NCBI GenBank assembly: GCA_002898315.1
Contig: BEHV01000001.1
Span: forward strand, 196,620-260,619
Direction: 5' to 3'
Length of the DNA stretch: 64,000 bases
Origin: a bacterium HR19
Lineage (GTDB): Bacteria; Calescibacteriota; Calescibacteriia; Calescibacteriales; Calescibacteriaceae
Each line of letters opens with the position of its first letter. Positions within the stretch are counted from its first letter, which is position 1. Of the stretch, positions 39,634 through 50,305 are shown piece by piece. The notes beneath the pieces are model-generated. The model saw nothing but the letters and a program-made list of their open reading frames with translations, searched no databases and had not been told where the DNA came from. The position numbers and the translations under genes were made by a program.

Positions 39634-40509
39634 TTAATTCAATATCTCGGTTTTTGAAATTTTAAGTTTCTGTGGTATAATGCTTCGTCTGAAGAAAAAC
39701 AAAATGAAATCATAAATCAGAACGAAAATATATAATGCAAGAAGAGAAAGAAGAAGTAATTTTATTTTTGCAAGGAAGTTAAACGGTTCAAAGAACGGTA
39801 TCCCTCTCTGAAAATTGAGAAAAGAAAAATATCCTACAACAAGAAAGATCGGGGAGATAAACAGAGGTATGAGGTATTTTATTTTTCCGTTGAAAAAAAT
39901 GAGGGAACGCAAGAAAATGGAGATAATCCCAGCAAAAGTTATAACATCTCTTCCGATCATAAAAAGAAATGCGAGGAAAAATAAAATTGATAGCTCCTCC
40001 TCTTTTGTATTGCCGAAAAAAATCAATACTAAAAACGGAAAAAACATGAGAATTTTTAGTTCATCTGAAAACCACGGAAAATTTATCTCATTCATACCTA
40101 TCAAGAAAGCAAAAGAGACAGGTAAAAAGTACTTTTCAATATAAGGGGAAGTAAAATAAAGAAAGGAAATAAAAAGAAGGCAGAGAGTAAGAACAACCCT
40201 GAATCTCTTCAAGTAAGGAAGAATAAAGTAGAGAAAATCTTCTTTCTGAAAAAGCAGAATCAAAAAAGCGAAGAAAATCAGAGCAAAAAATGGAAATTTG
40301 AATCTCTCTTTTCTTTCGGTCAGAGAAAAGAGAAGATTTATGAAAGAAAGATACATACCAGATGAGTTCAGGAAGCCGAGTACAAGTTTTTCATAATCTT
40401 GTGTGGAGATATTGTAAAGATTTTTCCCCCATACCGAGAGCAGAAACGAAGAGAAAAAGGCAACAAAAGATAAAACAGGTTTTGCAAGGGTAAAAAACTC
40501 CCGAATCAT
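39634..40509 (-). CDS. Hypothetical polytopic membrane protein
   Basis: Eight to ten hydrophobic helices rich in Phe/Leu. No recognisable family. Confidence 0.4.
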   Translation of the reverse strand: MIREFFTLAKPVLSFVAFFSSFLLSVWGKNLYNISTQDYEKLVLGFLNSSGMYLSFINLLFSLTERKERFKFPFFALIFFAFLILLFQKEDFLYFILPYLKRFRVVLTLCLLFISFLYFTSPYIEKYFLPVSFAFLIGMNEINFPWFSDELKILMFFPFLVLIFFGNTKEEELSILFFLAFLFMIGRDVITFAGIISIFLRSLIFFNGKIKYLIPLFISPIFLVVGYFSFLNFQRGIPFFEPFNFLAKIKLLLLSLLALYIFVLIYDFILFFFRRSIIPQKLKISKTEILN

Positions 40510-40515
40510 GATAAT

Positions 40516-41406
40516 CTACCTAACAATATAATTTTTTTGAGAAGTTTTTCTGTATATAATTTGAGCCATTTTTAGACCTCCGAAAGCTCCGGAAAACTCT
40601 CCGAGTTCAGCTGGTAAAAGCTCCATACTATCAAAAATCGGTTTTATAACAATCTTTCTCGCTTCATCTTTTATCATATCTATAACCCCCTCAAAATGAC
40701 TAATTATTCCGCCGGAGATAATAACCGCGTCTGGATTGAAAATATGAGCTAAATTCTGAATAACTCTTGCGACATAAAAGGAAAATTTTTTTAACGCTTC
40801 AAGAGCATTCGCATTCCCTTTATTTGCAAATTCTATAATCTTGTCTGATGTTGTTTTCTCCGAAGTTATTTCAAAGAAAAATCTCTCTATGGCTCTTGAT
40901 GATACAAATTCCTCAGAGCAACCAACTCTACCACAAACGCACACCCTTTTAGTATCATCTGAAATCTGAATATGTCCAACCTCCATAGCTATTCCAAGAG
41001 TTCCGAAAAGTGGCTTCCCATCTATTACAGCTCCGCCACCGAGTCCAGTTCCTAATGTCAAGCATAAAACGATTCCTTTCTTTTTCCATTTTCTACCTGC
41101 GCCGAAGAAAACCTCACCAACACACGCCAAGGTCGCATCGTTGGCAACGAAATATGGTTTCCCTCTTACCTCTATTTTTTTTTCGTTAAGGGACTTTATA
41201 TTTGGCGATTCGTAAATAAAACCATCAAAATTCACAAATCCGGCAACCGCTATGCCAACAGAGTCGTAATCTTGTGAAAATCTATCGATCAGTTCAACTA
41301 TCTTCTCATAATCATAAGGGTTTTTCTCTTTGAACTTTTTACCCTCGCTATCTACAAACTTTATGTAAGAGCCACCTATATCTATGCCCAAAAACTTCTT
41401 TGCCAT
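40516..41406 (-). CDS. ROK-family sugar kinase (glucokinase-like)
   Basis: FLGIDIGGSYIK, the zinc motif CVCGRVGCSEEF, and LGTGLGGG. Confidence 0.8.
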   Translation of the reverse strand: MAKKFLGIDIGGSYIKFVDSEGKKFKEKNPYDYEKIVELIDRFSQDYDSVGIAVAGFVNFDGFIYESPNIKSLNEKKIEVRGKPYFVANDATLACVGEVFFGAGRKWKKKGIVLCLTLGTGLGGGAVIDGKPLFGTLGIAMEVGHIQISDDTKRVCVCGRVGCSEEFVSSRAIERFFFEITSEKTTSDKIIEFANKGNANALEALKKFSFYVARVIQNLAHIFNPDAVIISGGIISHFEGVIDMIKDEARKIVIKPIFDSMELLPAELGEFSGAFGGLKMAQIIYRKTSQKNYIVR

Positions 41407-41453
41407 AGCAGATAAAATTTTATTTTACAGAAAAATCTCGCCGAAGAATATAT

Positions 41454-42449
41454 TCAGTATCTTCTTTTGAGCTCCCAGTTCCATGCTGTCTTTATTATAA
41501 ATTCAAGGTCGTCATATTTTTCTGAGAAATTAAGGACACTTTTTATTTTCTTGTTGTCTGCGATGAGGACTGCTGGGTCTCCCGGTCTCCTCGGAGCAAA
41601 CCTCTTTGGCAGCTCCCTTCCGATAACTTTTTCAGCAGTTCTAACAACCTCAAGGACAGAAAAACCTCTACAATAGCCGACATTGAAAACATCATTTTTT
41701 CCACCATCAAGGAGATAATTCATCGCAAGAATATGAGCAGAGGCAAGGTCAAAAACATGTATATAATCTCTTATGCAGGTTCCATCCTTTGTCGGGTAAT
41801 CTGTTCCGTATATTCCGAGGAACTCAAACTCTCTTTTTGCGACTTTCAAAAGGCGGGAGATAAGATGAATGGGGTTTTTGTAAGATTGTCCGAGCTCACC
41901 TTCCGGGTCAGCTCCTGCAACATTAAAGTATCTCAAAGAAACATAAGAAAAATTCTTTTGAGCAGAAGAAAAATCCCTTAACATTTTTTCACAGGAGAGC
42001 TTTGATTGTCCGTAAGGGTTGATAGGTTCTGTTTTTGATTCCTCAGAAATGGGAACACTTTCTGGCTCCCCATAAACCGCAGCGGTTGAAGAAAAAACAA
42101 AACGAACTTTTTTACTTTTGAGATAAGGTTCAAGCTCACAAAGTAGTGATATGAGCCCACCGACATTATTTTCCCAGTACATCAAAGGTTTTTCAACACT
42201 TTCCGGGACAGATATAAAAGCGGCAAAATGCATTATAACATCGGGAGAGAACTCTTCATAGATTTTCCTCAAAATATTCCTGTCTCTTATATCTCCTACA
42301 ACAAGTTTTCCGTAAAGAGCCGCCTCTTTATGTCCATAAGAAAGATTATCTAAAACAAGTATCTCTGCTTTTTCTTTAAACTCACGGTAAAGAAGTTTCA
42401 CAACATGGCTTCCTATATATCCTGCTCCGCCGGTGACAAGTATTTTCAT
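41454..42449 (-). CDS. galE: UDP-glucose 4-epimerase
   Basis: MKILVTGGAGYIGSHVV Rossmann start, the YGQSK catalytic motif, and the NVGYCRGFSVLEV region. Confidence 0.85.
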   Translation of the reverse strand: MKILVTGGAGYIGSHVVKLLYREFKEKAEILVLDNLSYGHKEAALYGKLVVGDIRDRNILRKIYEEFSPDVIMHFAAFISVPESVEKPLMYWENNVGGLISLLCELEPYLKSKKVRFVFSSTAAVYGEPESVPISEESKTEPINPYGQSKLSCEKMLRDFSSAQKNFSYVSLRYFNVAGADPEGELGQSYKNPIHLISRLLKVAKREFEFLGIYGTDYPTKDGTCIRDYIHVFDLASAHILAMNYLLDGGKNDVFNVGYCRGFSVLEVVRTAEKVIGRELPKRFAPRRPGDPAVLIADNKKIKSVLNFSEKYDDLEFIIKTAWNWELKRRY

Positions 42450-42464
42450 GATACTCGGGTAATT

Positions 42465-43481
42465 TCACCTCTTGTAGTTATTTTGTTCGTGTAAAAATCT
42501 CTCTTGCTCTAAAATCTCATCTTTTATTTTTTTTATGAAGTTGAGAATTTCATCTTTTCTGATTTTTATGTTAAAGCCGGCAGCGTTTTTATGTCCTCCT
42601 CCACCGTATTTTCTCGCTATCTTGCCTACATCTATGTGCGGGTCAGACCTCAAACTGACCTTGAAAAATTCATTATCTTTTTCCCTTATGAATATAGATG
42701 CTTTGACACCATCTATTGACCTTATGAGGTCTATGAACTCATCTGAATCTTCGTCTTTGGCTCCAAACTTTTCATAATCTGATTTGAAGAGGAAAGAAAA
42801 AGATACACCATCTTCAACAATTACTCTTGATAAAAACTCTGAAAGGAGTTTATACTTCCTCAGCGTTGCAAATCTTAAAGTTTTCATAACAGCCAGAAGG
42901 TCTGCTTTCTTCTCAATAAGTTCGGAAGCGATTCTCAAAGTTCTTGCATCTACGGTGGGAAGCAAAAATCCCATCGTATCTTTTGCTATCGCTGCGTAAA
43001 TGTTGGTAGCAATATCAGGTGTTATTTCAATATTCATATCTTTAAGTATTTCGTATATAAGGACTCCACACGCGGGAGCGGTATGGTCTATAAAATTAAA
43101 AGTGCCAAATCTCTCTGATTTATCGTGGTGGTCAATATTGACTATTGTTGTTCTAACAGCAAATTTTCTCCCTTCGTCGCCTATTCTATCCAAAGTAGCG
43201 CAATCAACAACACAGAATATATCTGGAAGAAAATCTGGGAGAGAGGTTTTCAGTTTTGAGTATCCCGGAAGATATTTTGCTGATTCAAGCCCGTCTTTGT
43301 TGTATATATATACTTTTTTGCCTATTGATTCAAGCGCAAGTCCAAGAGCTAGCGAAGAGCCGATGGCATCTGGCTCGGGTCCTTCATGAGACGCTATAAC
43401 TATACTCTCGGCAGATAAAAGAGCAGAGACAACCTCCTTTTTCCCTTCCATAAAATCAGCATCATTTTCTACTGCAAACAT
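42465..43481 (-). CDS. nrnA: DHH/DHHA1 phosphoesterase (NrnA-like oligoribonuclease / pAp phosphatase)
   Basis: DHH motifs (IASHEGPEPDAIGS, VVDCA, NIDHHDKS) and a DHHA1 C-terminal GGGH. Confidence 0.75.
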   Translation of the reverse strand: MFAVENDADFMEGKKEVVSALLSAESIVIASHEGPEPDAIGSSLALGLALESIGKKVYIYNKDGLESAKYLPGYSKLKTSLPDFLPDIFCVVDCATLDRIGDEGRKFAVRTTIVNIDHHDKSERFGTFNFIDHTAPACGVLIYEILKDMNIEITPDIATNIYAAIAKDTMGFLLPTVDARTLRIASELIEKKADLLAVMKTLRFATLRKYKLLSEFLSRVIVEDGVSFSFLFKSDYEKFGAKDEDSDEFIDLIRSIDGVKASIFIREKDNEFFKVSLRSDPHIDVGKIARKYGGGGHKNAAGFNIKIRKDEILNFIKKIKDEILEQERFLHEQNNYKR

Positions 43482-43640
43482 CTTAAATCTATTAAACTAA
43501 AATCAACTTACAAAAAGGAATATACTTTAAGAACTATCAAAACAAAATATTAAAAAATTGAAAACTTTGAACTCTGGAAGGAAAAGAAGTCCATTTTATC
43601 TGAGATATATCTGAAAACTTAAAAATATCGTTATTACTTA

Positions 43641-44624
43641 TTACTTTGAGAATGAATTAAAAATCCAGCATAAAGCAAGACCTGTTGATAAAGCTATCCA
43701 GGGGATAACAAACCAGAAAAACACAATTTGCAAAAGATATGATTTTGAAAAAGTTTTCTTGAATCCATCTCTTGCGCATGCAATACCTATCATTCCACCT
43801 ACTATTGTCTCATTTATTGAGACAGGGATACCAAGAATTGATGCGGAAAGAATTATTGTTCCTTCCATAAGCTGTAGAAATGAAGCACGAAGCAATCCAA
43901 GTTCAACTATCTTTTTTCCGACTGCCTTGAGGATACGCGGAGAAAGCATAAGCGCTCCGATACCGAAGAAAGAAGCCCCAAGAGTTAAAACCTTGCTTTC
44001 AAAATCAGGCGTCCTGACCACCACAACTCCCACAGAGTTAGCAAGGTTATTTGAACCAGCAGAAAATGCAAAGTAGGTTCCAGTAGCAACCACTCCTATC
44101 TTCAAAAATTTTCTTATTATCTCTGCATCAAACCTTGAGGCAAAATTCACAACCCTAAAATACAGGAACTTTTCAAACAGAAATCCGCAGAGAAACGCAG
44201 CAGTAGGAGTAAAAAGCCACCACCTCAATATATGAAAGAATTTCTGAGTGTTCAAAGTGCCGGTGTATAATCCAATTGATACTACGCTTAGTGTTGCCAT
44301 GTGTGTTGTAGCAATGGGTACTCTGAAAAGAACAGCGAGAAGAAGATAAAATGTTGCATTTATGTAATATACGAGTGTGTATTTATCTTGTGCGAGAATT
44401 TGAGGTGGAGTAAGTTTTTTCCCAATTGTTGTGGCAACTTCTTTCCCGAGTAGCAAAGCTCCCAAGAATATAGCTAAACCCGAAATAATTGTGAGCTTAC
44501 GGGGAGTGAGGATTCCTGCGGAGTGAGAAGGAGCCATAGTAGTAGAACCGTTCTCTCCACCAATCAAAGATGCTAAGGCAAGAGCAAAAGTTACGAAAGC
44601 AAAGTTTATGTCTATCCAAATCAT
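43641..44624 (-). CDS. pit: Inorganic phosphate transporter, PiT (PHO4) family
   Basis: Duplicated PHO4 signatures (GENGSTTMAPSHSAG...; AFSAGSNNLANSVG) and ~10 TM helices. Confidence 0.8.
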   Translation of the reverse strand: MIWIDINFAFVTFALALASLIGGENGSTTMAPSHSAGILTPRKLTIISGLAIFLGALLLGKEVATTIGKKLTPPQILAQDKYTLVYYINATFYLLLAVLFRVPIATTHMATLSVVSIGLYTGTLNTQKFFHILRWWLFTPTAAFLCGFLFEKFLYFRVVNFASRFDAEIIRKFLKIGVVATGTYFAFSAGSNNLANSVGVVVVRTPDFESKVLTLGASFFGIGALMLSPRILKAVGKKIVELGLLRASFLQLMEGTIILSASILGIPVSINETIVGGMIGIACARDGFKKTFSKSYLLQIVFFWFVIPWIALSTGLALCWIFNSFSK

Positions 44625-44949
44625 CTTTAATCACTCCCATACAGGAAGAGTTCAAAATATAGCATTCTCTCCTTACAAATTATATAGCAAAAACTATTCC
44701 ATCGTATATGAAAAGTCTAATTTTTTTCTGCTTCAATATAGAAAAAAGTTGATAATATTACTGACTTAGGTGTGGTATTGTAAGTAAAGAAATGCCAGAT
44801 GAAACAAAATTAATTAACTTACTTGTTGATACCATTTGATTGAACCCAAATGTTTCAATTTGTTAAAAATAATTGCAAATTTGTTAATAGTGAAAAGGAA
44901 ACAATAGGATTTGCTTATTTGAGATATTTGAATAAAGAAAAAATAAAAA

Positions 44950-46467
44950 ATGCTTGAGATAAAAAGAGCGCTCATATCAGTATATGACAAAAACGGAATA
45001 GTTGAATTGGCAAAGGTTCTATCAGATTTGGGTATTTCAATATTTGCGACAGGAGGAACAGCTGAAAAGCTCAAAAAAGCCGGAATAAAAGCAGGATGGA
45101 TTGCTGAACTCACCGGCTTCCCCGAAATACTCGGTGGGAAAGTAAAAACTCTCCACCCTGATATATTTGCAAGAATACTCGCAACAGAAGAAGAAGCAAA
45201 AGAAATCAGAATAGAGAGATTTCAGCTGATTGTAGTAAATCTTTACCCACCCGAGTTAGAACCAGATATAGGTGGTGTATCTTTGATAAGAGCAGGAATA
45301 AAGGCAGGAGATAGAACTCTTGTTTTAGTAGATAATCAGGATTATAATCTCGTAGGACTTATTTTGAAAAACCAAAGGGGGATTCCTGATGATATATTAA
45401 AGGAGCTTAACAAAAAAGCGGCGATATACGTTCTGAAATATCAGATAGAAAATTATAGGAAATACTTCGGATGGGACATATTTCCTTATGTCTTTGAAAA
45501 ATTCTTAGATTTGAGATATGGAACAAATCCCGGCAGAAAGGGGAATCTTTATTCAATAGACGGTATAAGACCTGATTTTGAGATAATAAAAGGAGAGGTT
45601 TCTCTGAACAACTTATACGATTGTGATTCTGCTGTAAGATGTGCGTTTTCTCTGAGCAGGCATTTTAAAGATAAGGTGTGTGCGTGCGTGGTAAAGCATG
45701 GAAGTCCATCAGGAGTAGCTCTTGGAGAAGAACCCCGAGAAGCGATAGAGAAAGCATGGGAGAGCGACTCAAAATCAGCATACGGCGGAGTTCTAGCGGT
45801 CTCCTCAATACTTCCCGAGTATGCGGTGGAGGTTCTAAAAGATAAATTTCTTGAAGTGATATGCGCACCCGCATTTGAAGACGAAGCCGTAAAAAAATTG
45901 ATGATGAAAAAAGCACGAATAATAAGAGCAGGAGAAGAATTCACAGAAAGAATAATAGAAATAAAAAACGCTATGGGAGGAGCTCTCGTAGAAGAATACT
46001 CTGACAAAAGCGAAGATATAAAGAAAGAGGATTTCAAACCTGCGTATGAGTTTGATTTTTCAGAACACGATCTCAAAGAAATGATTTTTTCATACGAGGT
46101 AGCAAGATTTACAAAATCAAACGCAGTTGTAATTTCTTCTAATTTCCAAACACTTGGGATAGGAGGTGGTTTCACATCACGAGTTGATGCGGCGGAATTC
46201 GCAATAAAAAAAACCAAAGATTTCCTCAAATCCCAAGAGAAGAAAAATAAAAAGAAAGTTTTTGAAAAATTCTATGTTTCATCAGATGGTTTCTTTCCTT
46301 TTCCTGATTCTGTTGAGATTATAGCAAATGAACTCAAAACCATCGGAGCGAGGGAAATTTTCATAGCTCATCCAGGTGGCTCTATAAGAGATAAAGAAGT
46401 TATAGAGACGGCAAGAAAATTAGGAGTTAAGATGTTTATAACAAGCAGAAGGTGCTTCCGCCATTAG
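44950..46467 (+). CDS. purH: Bifunctional AICAR transformylase / IMP cyclohydrolase
   Basis: MLEIKRALISVYDKNGIVELAK...ATGGTA (MGS-like IMPCH domain) plus a C-terminal AICARFT domain. Confidence 0.85.
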   Translation: MLEIKRALISVYDKNGIVELAKVLSDLGISIFATGGTAEKLKKAGIKAGWIAELTGFPEILGGKVKTLHPDIFARILATEEEAKEIRIERFQLIVVNLYPPELEPDIGGVSLIRAGIKAGDRTLVLVDNQDYNLVGLILKNQRGIPDDILKELNKKAAIYVLKYQIENYRKYFGWDIFPYVFEKFLDLRYGTNPGRKGNLYSIDGIRPDFEIIKGEVSLNNLYDCDSAVRCAFSLSRHFKDKVCACVVKHGSPSGVALGEEPREAIEKAWESDSKSAYGGVLAVSSILPEYAVEVLKDKFLEVICAPAFEDEAVKKLMMKKARIIRAGEEFTERIIEIKNAMGGALVEEYSDKSEDIKKEDFKPAYEFDFSEHDLKEMIFSYEVARFTKSNAVVISSNFQTLGIGGGFTSRVDAAEFAIKKTKDFLKSQEKKNKKKVFEKFYVSSDGFFPFPDSVEIIANELKTIGAREIFIAHPGGSIRDKEVIETARKLGVKMFITSRRCFRH

Positions 46468-46580
46468 GCTTGATGAAAATCTAATTCATTTCAAAGTGAT
46501 CACACATATAAAATCAACACCCGAAAAACTTTCTGTCCTTAATGTTTCAAAGCTCAAAGAAAATTAAATTGTAATAAATT

Positions 46581-47885
46581 ATGGCTATAAATGCCCTGCA
46601 AATAGATTGCAGATTCTTAGATGCTCTATCAGATGCCATACTCATATACGATAAGGATTTGACTATACTCTACGCATCCGGACCAGCTGCGGAAATTCTC
46701 GGAATTGAAAGAGAAACTCTTATGCTCAAAAACTGCAAAGATATTTTCGGAGAGGACTTCTCAGATGAAATTCAACCTCATTCAATACTTGAAATAAAAA
46801 CAGATGGAAGCAAAAGAAAAGTAAAAGTCACGAAAATAGTAACGCCAGATAACTTCAACATACTCATAATATCGCCCGGTCCAGTGATAGAAAATCAAGA
46901 TATTCTTGAAGGTATTGTGGGAGTGAGCAAAAAGATGAAAGAGGTTTTTGAACTTATAAAAATAGCTGCTAGGTCAGACGCTCCTACGCTTATAACAGGA
47001 GAGACAGGAACTGGCAAAGAACTCGTCGCAGAAGCAATTCACAAATTATCCTCCCGGAAAGAAAATCTGCTTGTGAAGATAAATTGCTCCGCCCTCCCTG
47101 AAAACCTCCTTGAAAGTGAGCTTTTCGGATACAAAAAAGGCGCATTCACAGGAGCAGATAAAGATAAACCCGGAAAATTTGAGATAGCTAATAGTGGAAC
47201 TTTATTCCTTGATGAAATCGGAGACCTACCGCTATCACTCCAACCCAAAATACTGCGCGCAGTTGAAAGAGGTGAAATAGAAAAATTAGGAGAAACAAAA
47301 CCAACAAAAGTGAATGTGAGAATAATATCAGCTACAAACAAAGATATAGAAAAAGAAGTGTCAGAAGGTAAATTCAGACCAGACCTATATTTCAGAATAT
47401 CTGTGTTCAGAATCCATATTCCGCCACTGCGCGAGAGAAAAGAAGATATAATTCCTATCGCAGAGCTTGTGCTTGAAAAAATAAGCAAAAAATATGGACT
47501 TGGCAGGAAATTTCTTACAAGAAGAGCAATTGAAGAGCTTATGGAGTGGGATTATCCCGGAAATGTAAGAGAACTTGAAAACATCATTGAAAGAGCTTAC
47601 TTTATGTCAAAAACAAAAAACATGAACGAAGACGTAATACGCGAACACAAAAAACTCTCAAAAGCAATAACAAATAACAACCTAAATAATGAAACAAATG
47701 GAAAAGAAGAAAAAAACATAGAAAGTATATCAGATAAATTAAAATCAAAATCTGAAATTGAGAAAGAAAAGATTTTAGAATCGCTCATAAAACATGGCTC
47801 AATATCAAAAGCAGCAAAAGAACTTAATATGAGCAGAGTCACAATATGGCGAAAGATGAAAAAATACGGAATAGAATGGAAATAA
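46581..47885 (+). CDS. Sigma-54-dependent transcriptional activator with an N-terminal PAS-like sensor (no receiver domain)
   Basis: GETGTGKE Walker A, ELFGYKKGAFTGA, a C-terminal HTH (AAKELNMSRVTIWRKMKKYGI), and a PAS-like ~110-aa N-terminal region. Confidence 0.85.
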   Translation: MAINALQIDCRFLDALSDAILIYDKDLTILYASGPAAEILGIERETLMLKNCKDIFGEDFSDEIQPHSILEIKTDGSKRKVKVTKIVTPDNFNILIISPGPVIENQDILEGIVGVSKKMKEVFELIKIAARSDAPTLITGETGTGKELVAEAIHKLSSRKENLLVKINCSALPENLLESELFGYKKGAFTGADKDKPGKFEIANSGTLFLDEIGDLPLSLQPKILRAVERGEIEKLGETKPTKVNVRIISATNKDIEKEVSEGKFRPDLYFRISVFRIHIPPLRERKEDIIPIAELVLEKISKKYGLGRKFLTRRAIEELMEWDYPGNVRELENIIERAYFMSKTKNMNEDVIREHKKLSKAITNNNLNNETNGKEEKNIESISDKLKSKSEIEKEKILESLIKHGSISKAAKELNMSRVTIWRKMKKYGIEWK

Positions 47886-47969
47886 AAACAAGCTACATCA
47901 AACTACCTTAAAAAACTTAAACCTTCCCAAATTTTCAAATAAAAAATCTTCAAGATTAAAATTTCCTAT

Positions 47970-49628
47970 ATGAAAAAACTCACTATAATGCTTTTCTCTC
48001 TTGCTCTTTTCACATATTGCGGACAAAAAACTGAAAAGAAAGTTGAATTGAATTTCTCAGGAGGAATATGTGTAAGTTTATCAAGTATAAGTATCTCAAC
48101 AGTAGAATCAGAAGGAGGACGGAAATTTATAATAAGTTGTGGGACAACAGCTGGTCAGATATCTCAAAATGCAGTTATAGCCTTCTTTTCCGACGGAGAA
48201 ATCTCAATAATCCCAATAGAAAATAATTCTCTCAATATAAATAAAAAAGTTGTTCTAATATCATCAAAAATCTTTCTCTCAAAAGAAGGAGTTGTATTAT
48301 CAACTTACTCATCACAGGGAAACGACCTTTTTATTTTCAAAAACCAGAATTTCCAGAAAGCAGATATATCTATTTCAACATTCATAAAAAACGATTCAAA
48401 CATCATGAAGCTTTTTTCCGAAATCTTTTCATCACAAATTGGAGTTCCAGAATCATCACTTCAATCAAAAGATGTGGTCATAATCTCAACTTATCTTGAT
48501 ACTAACAACCTTTCCTATTTTATATTTCCTATATTTGAAGAAACACTTTTTTTGTTCCAGAAAAATTTCAAGGTAAGAGATATAAAACTTGTTTTTCCTT
48601 CTGGATTATCTGGCGACTCAATAATTTCAGTATCATCTCAACCTGAAATAACTTTATTTCAACCCATACTTTTTCCCGTCGCTTCGGAGTACAACCTTTC
48701 AGAAATTTCTTACCTATCTCAGGATAGATACTATTACGAAAAAAATCTGACAGAAAGTCCAATAAGCATACCTATTTTTCTATCGCAAGCATCAGAAAAA
48801 ACATTTCTTTTCTCTGTATCAAAAGAGAGCGGATACTTTTTCAAGGGGGAGATAAACCCATCTAATCAAAACACAGTTGAAATGGTGCCACTTCCACCAA
48901 AAGAAGGAGATCTGAACACAACCATAAACTTTGATCTTCAAGAAGAAAACACAAAAGACATTTTTGATGTTGAAATCTTTTCTGAACTTTCTGGTTCCCT
49001 TTTCAACCTCATTCAAAAGTCAAAAGTAGACTATCTAAATCCTCACATAAAACTATACGCACCGAAAGATATTTTATACTCATCGCAATACATAGTAAAG
49101 ATTCAAACAGAAAGGAAAGAAGAAGATGATAAATTCGTAAAGAGAGAAAGGTTGATAAAGTACGAGGTCAGCGAATCACCATTTGTAAGGTATTCTCTCA
49201 AAAACTTCAAATACGAAAACTTCGTATTCGGGATCAAAGAGATAGGAGAAGACAAGATTTCACTTTTCTGGCGGGTTCCTGAAAAATTAGATGTAGCTGA
49301 GCTTGGTTTATCTCAGCTTGAAGTTTCAAGTTTATCTTTTGCAAACTGCATAACTGAGCAAGGTAATCAAACATTCATAAAGAAAGAATGCTTTACTCCA
49401 CAGATACACATATTGGCAGAAGGAGAAAACGGAACTCAGATTGTATGGAGAGTTTTCAACCTTTACCAGAGGAGCGAAGCACAAATTCCCAACCTTTTAT
49501 CTCCTCAGAGGTTCTACGAAATAACAGGAAGCGCACCTAAAATAAAAATAAAATCTATAAAACTACACTTTGCTTTATACACAGGCACAAAACTTTTCAT
49601 ATATGAAAGGTCTCTTGAACCAAAATGA
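47970..49628 (+). CDS. Hypothetical large lipoprotein (552 aa), Ser/Ile-rich
   Basis: Signal peptide plus lipobox (LFTYCG). No identifiable domain. Immediately downstream of the PAS/sigma-54 activator. Confidence 0.45.
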   Translation: MKKLTIMLFSLALFTYCGQKTEKKVELNFSGGICVSLSSISISTVESEGGRKFIISCGTTAGQISQNAVIAFFSDGEISIIPIENNSLNINKKVVLISSKIFLSKEGVVLSTYSSQGNDLFIFKNQNFQKADISISTFIKNDSNIMKLFSEIFSSQIGVPESSLQSKDVVIISTYLDTNNLSYFIFPIFEETLFLFQKNFKVRDIKLVFPSGLSGDSIISVSSQPEITLFQPILFPVASEYNLSEISYLSQDRYYYEKNLTESPISIPIFLSQASEKTFLFSVSKESGYFFKGEINPSNQNTVEMVPLPPKEGDLNTTINFDLQEENTKDIFDVEIFSELSGSLFNLIQKSKVDYLNPHIKLYAPKDILYSSQYIVKIQTERKEEDDKFVKRERLIKYEVSESPFVRYSLKNFKYENFVFGIKEIGEDKISLFWRVPEKLDVAELGLSQLEVSSLSFANCITEQGNQTFIKKECFTPQIHILAEGENGTQIVWRVFNLYQRSEAQIPNLLSPQRFYEITGSAPKIKIKSIKLHFALYTGTKLFIYERSLEPK

Positions 49629-49633
49629 GAAAT

Positions 49634-50293
49634 TCACGGTTTTTTAAGCAAAGCATAGGTGAAAGGAAGATAAGGTGAATCTCTGAAACTTCCGCGAAAA
49701 CCTATACCAGAGATGAGATTATTTATTTCATCAGCAGATATACCTATCTTCGGCATAAAAAATTTGAGAACGGGGAAAAACAGAATTTTATATTCAAAAC
49801 TTACCAAAGGAATAAAATCGTAAAGCATTTTTGGGTCAAAATTTTTGCTTACATCTACTATCCACACAATACCACCTTTTTTCAGAACACGAAAAATCTC
49901 TTTCAGACCTTCCTTTTGATTTTCCCAGTGTTTTATAGAAAAGTTAGAAGTCACGACATCAAAGTATTCTGATGGGAAATCAATTCTTGCTGAATCGCCT
50001 TTCAAAAAATGTATGTTTTTGAGACCAGATTTTTTCAGGTTTCTCATCGCCTCAGAAATCATATTGTCAGCTGGGTCTATACCGTAGATCTCAAGGTTAT
50101 TATATATTCTCCCGATGATTATAGGGAAGTGTCCGGGACCTGTTCCCACATCAAGAACTCTTTCAGCTTCTTTCAAGTAGTCATAAAGTAAAATTTCAAG
50201 AAACTTGAAAAAAAGGATGTTTATTTTTACTCCGAACCTGTTGTAGAAGAAAGCAGGCAATCCCACAAGCGGTCCCTTAAAGCTAAAAAACAT
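49634..50293 (-). CDS. Class I SAM-dependent methyltransferase (UbiE/COQ5-like)
   Basis: Motif I VLDVGTGPGHF, with post-I and II motifs (IYGIDPADNMI, GIVWIVDV). Confidence 0.7.
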   Translation of the reverse strand: MFFSFKGPLVGLPAFFYNRFGVKINILFFKFLEILLYDYLKEAERVLDVGTGPGHFPIIIGRIYNNLEIYGIDPADNMISEAMRNLKKSGLKNIHFLKGDSARIDFPSEYFDVVTSNFSIKHWENQKEGLKEIFRVLKKGGIVWIVDVSKNFDPKMLYDFIPLVSFEYKILFFPVLKFFMPKIGISADEINNLISGIGFRGSFRDSPYLPFTYALLKKP

Positions 50294-50305
50294 AAGATAG
50301 ATTTT

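Noticed and set aside
44625-44949. Looked for a ZTP (pfl) riboswitch, tRNA or other structured RNA in the 325-nt gap upstream of purH
   Set aside because: The region is uniformly AT-rich, with no GGGUCGUGAC / CCGCCUGGGCA cores and no GC-rich stems.
45549-46229. 226-aa minus-strand ORF within purH
   Set aside because: Antisense to the conserved AICARFT domain, with Ser/Ala-rich nonsense composition.
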